Source: Perkinsus chesapeaki ATCC PRA-425 (lineage: Eukaryota; Protista; Perkinsozoa). From it: 64,000 nucleotides of DNA. This document shows positions 63,060-64,000 of the stretch, one piece after another. The position numbers were made by a program, and so were the translations under genes. Location: NCBI GenBank assembly GCA_013115145.1, contig JAAPAO010000109.1, forward strand, positions 1 through 64,000, written 5' to 3'. The notes below the pieces were generated by a model. It searched no databases and was not told the DNA's origin. It was given only the letters and a program-made list of their open reading frames with translations. Positions within the stretch are counted from its first letter, which is position 1; each line of letters opens with the position of its first letter.

Positions 63060-64000
63060 TTATACGTTAGTTCGGGCCTTCTTCTTAGGTTTAGGATCGG
63101 TATCAGTGGTGGTGGTGTTACTACTATTCGATACCGTGGTATCCTCCTATATACATTTCTTAATTCCTATCAACCCTCATCCCTATATTACCACTTTTGC
63201 CGTATCTTGAACCGCTACTACCCCACCAGTAGTAATGGTTAACACTGTATTAGAATCATATTTATGATGAATATCCTTCTTTCGACCTTCTCGTTTAGCA
63301 GCATCCTTCTCAAGCTAAAGCCATCAATATTAAAACAACAGCTTATATCTATTCACTACCGAATCAGCTATCATTTTATGGACCTCCTTAGCTCGACCTG
63401 TTGCTGCATGTATACATGTAATAACTGTTGATAATGGTATCGCTGTACCACCAGGCTTTAGTATACCACACAGTTCACCGTATTGGTTAACAATAACCTA
63501 TATTAAACAATACTAATGTCAACAACATCTACTTGTCCTCACCACTAGTAGAGCCCCACCACTGAGTCGTTCCTCTAAGGATGTTGGATCAGCTAATACA
63601 GCTGATGTTGATCCATCAGGGCTTTTAACCAATGCAAAGGTTAACGGTAAGGGCATATGATGTATAGATAGAGGCATTGGCTCCAACTAATAGTTAATAT
63701 ACTAAGTGTTATAGTAGTGTTATTACATCCTGTCTAACTACTGTTGAACCCTCTAATGTAGTAACCTCAGATCTTCTATAATGCATTAATGCAGCTACAC
63801 TAGCAGTAGCTGCTGCATCACCAATATTACCCTATATTACGCCTTAATTAATATCATGATTATTTAATATATTACTGCATCAGTAAATATATGTACATCT
63901 AAACGTACACTCCATACTCTACTACCACCAGCTATACATAATGCCTCTACATCAACAGCCCTAGCAATATTAAATATTATCACTGATATAATAACAATGT
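63060..64000 (-). CDS. RRP45: Exosome complex subunit RRP45/EXOSC9 (RNase PH fold), 5' end outside the window
   Basis: AVDVEALCIAGGSRVWSVRLDVHI, GNIGDAAATASVAALMHYRRSEV, PMPLSIHHMPLPLTFA, LADPTSLEER, VNQYGELCGILKPGG; C-terminal PKPKKKAR NLS-like motif; stop TAA ends at 63060. Confidence 0.9.

Overview
Eukaryotic, gene-dense protist DNA, most likely an alveolate of the Perkinsus type. This is inferred from 35-60 nt GT-AG introns, short intergenic spacers, trans-splice-like acceptors just upstream of ATGs, a RAP-domain gene and a subtilisin. Two thirds of the window (6883-49818, minus strand) is one giant gene. I rebuilt it by hand as 12 exons with consistent phases, encoding about 14,144 aa: a signal peptide, a ~300-aa beta-rich head, a single 41,012-nt exon holding ~1,100 twelve-residue repeats (GSSLSLRSFARL / GSSLSVFGLARL / GSSLSVLDFVTL), a short HxH-containing tip, and a C-terminal Peptidase_S74 autocleaving chaperone (TSDRRLK...GFIAQDLE...coiled coil). 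That chaperone is the module phages use to fold trimeric tail fibres and spikes. The locus looks like a secreted, self-cleaving, trimeric beta-helical fibre of about 0.4-1.1 micrometre. The supplied ORF track misses both its N-terminus and its chaperone because of introns. Other genes: LpqC/PHB-depolymerase-like esterase, BBS4, tandem-domain membrane-anchored methyltransferase, a hypothetical protein, PACRG, a coiled-coil/LRR protein, a subtilisin, a RAP-domain protein, a degenerate THUMP/RlmL-like protein and a 5'-truncated exosome subunit RRP45. No rRNA, tRNA, CRISPR array or mobile element was recognised. All family assignments come from motif recognition by eye, not from database searches.
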